DNA of 20,857 nucleotides, taken from NCBI GenBank assembly GCA_049598495.1, contig JBMYNR010000028.1, positions 1 through 20,857 of the forward strand, in the 5' to 3' direction. Positions 18,753 through 20,857 of this stretch are shown here, in pieces. The number at the start of each line of letters is the position of its first letter. Position 1 is the stretch's first letter. The position numbers were made by a program, and so were the translations under genes. The notes below the pieces were generated by a model. It saw only the letters and a program-made list of their open reading frames with translations. It was not told where the DNA came from and searched no databases. This DNA is from Opitutales bacterium (GTDB lineage Bacteria > Verrucomicrobiota > Verrucomicrobiia > Opitutales > Coraliomargaritaceae).

Positions 18753-19406
18753 ATGCCCTCGTCCTTCAGAAGTTCCGATAGCAAGAGCTTCCCCACAATG
18801 GGGGTCGTGACTGGTATCATTGTCTGTGGGCTCATTTTTCTAGCGATCCCTCTGACCCAGATGTTTACCGACTATTCGCGCGCGAATGAGGAGATCCTTG
18901 CCATCGAACTGGCGCCGCCTCCGCCCCCGCCACCAATCGAGGAGCCCCCGCCTCCGCCAGAGGAAGAACCACCCCCGCCGGATTTTGAACCACCTCCGCC
19001 CCCAATTTCCCTCGAGCAACTGGAAATCGCGCTTGAAGCTGGAACCGGGGAATCCATGGCGGGTGATTTTGCCATGCCGAATCTGACCATAAAAAAGGAA
19101 GAACTCGGTGGTCTGGAGATTTTTGATATCAGTGATCTCGACAAGAAGCCGACCACCGTGAAGCAGGTCGCGCCTCTCTTCCCGGTTGAGGCGAGACGTC
19201 GCGGTCTAAGCGGCTATGCCGTAGCCCAGTTTATCATCGATCAGCGGGGTGGAGTGCGCGATGTGATCATCATTAGCTCCAGTGACTCCGTTTTTAACAA
19301 GCCTACCATTGAAGCCATACGCCAATGGAAATTCACCCCGGGTGAAAAGGGTGGACGGATCGTTACCACTCGCGCGGAGGCCCGCATGCCATACCAAATC
19401 CAATAA
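18753..19406 (+). CDS. tonB: Energy transducer TonB
   Basis: N-terminal TM helix, Pro/Glu-rich linker, TonB C-terminal domain (PLFPVEARRRGLSG...F.ID..G.V...AIRQWKFTPG). Confidence 0.92.
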   Translation: MPSSFRSSDSKSFPTMGVVTGIIVCGLIFLAIPLTQMFTDYSRANEEILAIELAPPPPPPPIEEPPPPPEEEPPPPDFEPPPPPISLEQLEIALEAGTGESMAGDFAMPNLTIKKEELGGLEIFDISDLDKKPTTVKQVAPLFPVEARRRGLSGYAVAQFIIDQRGGVRDVIIISSSDSVFNKPTIEAIRQWKFTPGEKGGRIVTTRAEARMPYQIQ

Positions 19407-19413
19407 TAGCTTT

Positions 19414-20769
19414 ATGAAAAAGATACTTAAAACAGTCTTCGGTGTATGTCTTTGCGCCCAATTGCTGAGTGCCCAGTCGCGGATGAATAACCCGGCGGCC
19501 AGCATGTGGGATGATGCTGAGTTCGTGAAGTCTTTCACCGCTAGCTATGGTTTTCTATCCGGCTTCGAACCGGAAATCAGTCAGCCAGAAAAGGAGGCGC
19601 TCCGCGGTCTGATCAAGGTCATCAAAAAGGATCCTCGGCGCGCGATTGCGGATCTCGAGAAGCAGATCAAGCCTGGCAGTAGTGCAGCATTTAACTTCAT
19701 CCTCGGGAACCTTTACTTCCAACAAGGGGATCTTGAGGAGGCCGAGGCGGCTTATCGCGAGGCTGTCAGCAAATACCGGAATTTTCGTCGAGCGCATAAG
19801 AATCTTGGGCTCGTTCTTGTTCAAAACAACAAGCTTGGGGCAGCCATCCCCTCGATATCTCAGGCGCTGGCCCTAGGTGATGTCGACGGTCGCTCATACG
19901 GTTTACTTGGCTACGCTTATTTGACCGAGAGTCTTTACTATCCCGCGGAGGCGGCTTACCGACAGGCAATCCTCATGCAGCCCAAGGTGCGCGACTGGAA
20001 ATTGGGTCTGGCTCGATGCCTGGTCGAGACCGGAGATTACGGAGAGGCGATCGCTCTCTTTGATACCCTGGTTAAGCAGGAACCGGATAATGATGATTTT
20101 TGGCTGCTTCAGGCGAATGCCTTTATTGGGAAAGACGATACGATGGCCGCAGCACGCAATATCGAAGTGGTCCGCCGTATGGGTAAGGCCAAGATCCCCT
20201 CGCTGACTATGCTCGGTGATATTTACATGAACAATGATCGCCCTGAATTGGCGCTCAGTGCCTATCTGGAGGCACTGGAGAAGTCGGACGATAAGAATCC
20301 GCGCGCCATCATGCGCGCGGCGAGTTTGCTGACACAAACGACTAATTTTACCGAGGCGACAACCCTGATCGAGAACTTGCGTGCAAAAGCCGGGGACGAG
20401 CTTCGCGAGGAGGATGATCTTGAACTGCTCACGCTTGAGGCGAAAATTGCCCGTGCCGGAGGTAAGCAGGAGATCGCCTTTGAGAAGCTCAGTATGATTG
20501 TTGAACGGGATTCGCTTAATGGCGAGGCCTTGATCGAGCTTGGTCGCTACTTTGAGGAGCAGGGTGACCTGGAGCGTGCCATCAATCGCTTTGAGCAAGC
20601 AGAGATGATCGAGGACTATGAGCGCCCTGCACTCATCGCTCACGCTCAAGCTCTCATTCGTGATAAGAACTACAAAGAGGCACTCACGCTGTTGAAACGC
20701 GCCCAAGAATTGCGCGAAGACCGCTACCTAGCCGATTATGTCGAGCGCATTGAGCAGGCTGCGCGTTAG
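19414..20769 (+). CDS. Exported tetratricopeptide-repeat protein (TtpD-like)
   Basis: ATG at 19414 gives 451 aa with a signal peptide (MKKILKTVFGVCLCAQLLSA) and many TPR units (LGNLYFQQGDLEEAEAAYREA, AHKNLGLVL, LARCL..GDY.EA, LGRYF..GDLERA). Confidence 0.9.
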   Translation: MKKILKTVFGVCLCAQLLSAQSRMNNPAASMWDDAEFVKSFTASYGFLSGFEPEISQPEKEALRGLIKVIKKDPRRAIADLEKQIKPGSSAAFNFILGNLYFQQGDLEEAEAAYREAVSKYRNFRRAHKNLGLVLVQNNKLGAAIPSISQALALGDVDGRSYGLLGYAYLTESLYYPAEAAYRQAILMQPKVRDWKLGLARCLVETGDYGEAIALFDTLVKQEPDNDDFWLLQANAFIGKDDTMAAARNIEVVRRMGKAKIPSLTMLGDIYMNNDRPELALSAYLEALEKSDDKNPRAIMRAASLLTQTTNFTEATTLIENLRAKAGDELREEDDLELLTLEAKIARAGGKQEIAFEKLSMIVERDSLNGEALIELGRYFEEQGDLERAINRFEQAEMIEDYERPALIAHAQALIRDKNYKEALTLLKRAQELREDRYLADYVERIEQAAR

Positions 20770-20839
20770 GGCCTATAGCATTTAGGTAGAATAACCGGCT
20801 GAGTGTCATTTTTGTTGCCAGCCAGACGGGTGCAGCGGG

Positions 20840-20857
20840 TGCGGGTCGAGACCCGTA
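20840..20857. repeat. GC-rich hairpin at the window edge, possibly a truncated REP or terminator
   Basis: TGCGGGT-CGAG-ACCCGTA inverted repeat, preceded by CGGGTGC direct repeats and cut by the window end. Confidence 0.35.

Noticed and set aside
18872..19156. Gly/Ser-rich antisense ORF (GGGGS-like)
   Set aside because: It is simply the reverse complement of the TonB polyproline codons.
16326..19406. Tol-Pal or flagellar MotAB assignment
   Set aside because: There is no tolB/pal and no OmpA-like MotB domain. The downstream protein has a TonB C-terminal domain and a Pro-rich linker.
19903..20706. 267-aa antisense ORF
   Set aside because: It is a shadow of the TPR gene, with no independent features.

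Overview
This is an all-plus-strand bacterial chromosomal window made up mostly of core genes. Gene order and repeat style suggest Verrucomicrobiota (Opitutae/Coraliomargarita-like); that assignment is an inference. The order is rplY(L25/Ctc)-pth-rpsF-ssb-rplI-dnaB-bamA-skp-lpxD-prs-[small TM + Zn-ribbon protein]-guaA-[secreted LolA-like protein]-hisD-hisC-hisB. After a ~255-bp intergenic region comes a six-gene TonB cluster (DUF3450/TtpB-like, long ExbB/TtpC-like, ExbB, ExbD, TonB, TPR/TtpD-like) with the gene order of Vibrio TonB2/TonB3 systems. Non-coding features are GTAG-type REP-like hairpins near the left end (and possibly the right end), a strong terminator between skp and lpxD, and a 13-bp triple tandem repeat over the hisB stop. 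I found no rRNA, tRNA, CRISPR array, transposase or recognisable riboswitch. I see no clear-cut new system. The best leads are the TtpC-type TonB cluster, two uncharacterised proteins embedded among core genes, and some unusual gene-order and translation-initiation features. All family assignments come from motif recognition, not database searches.
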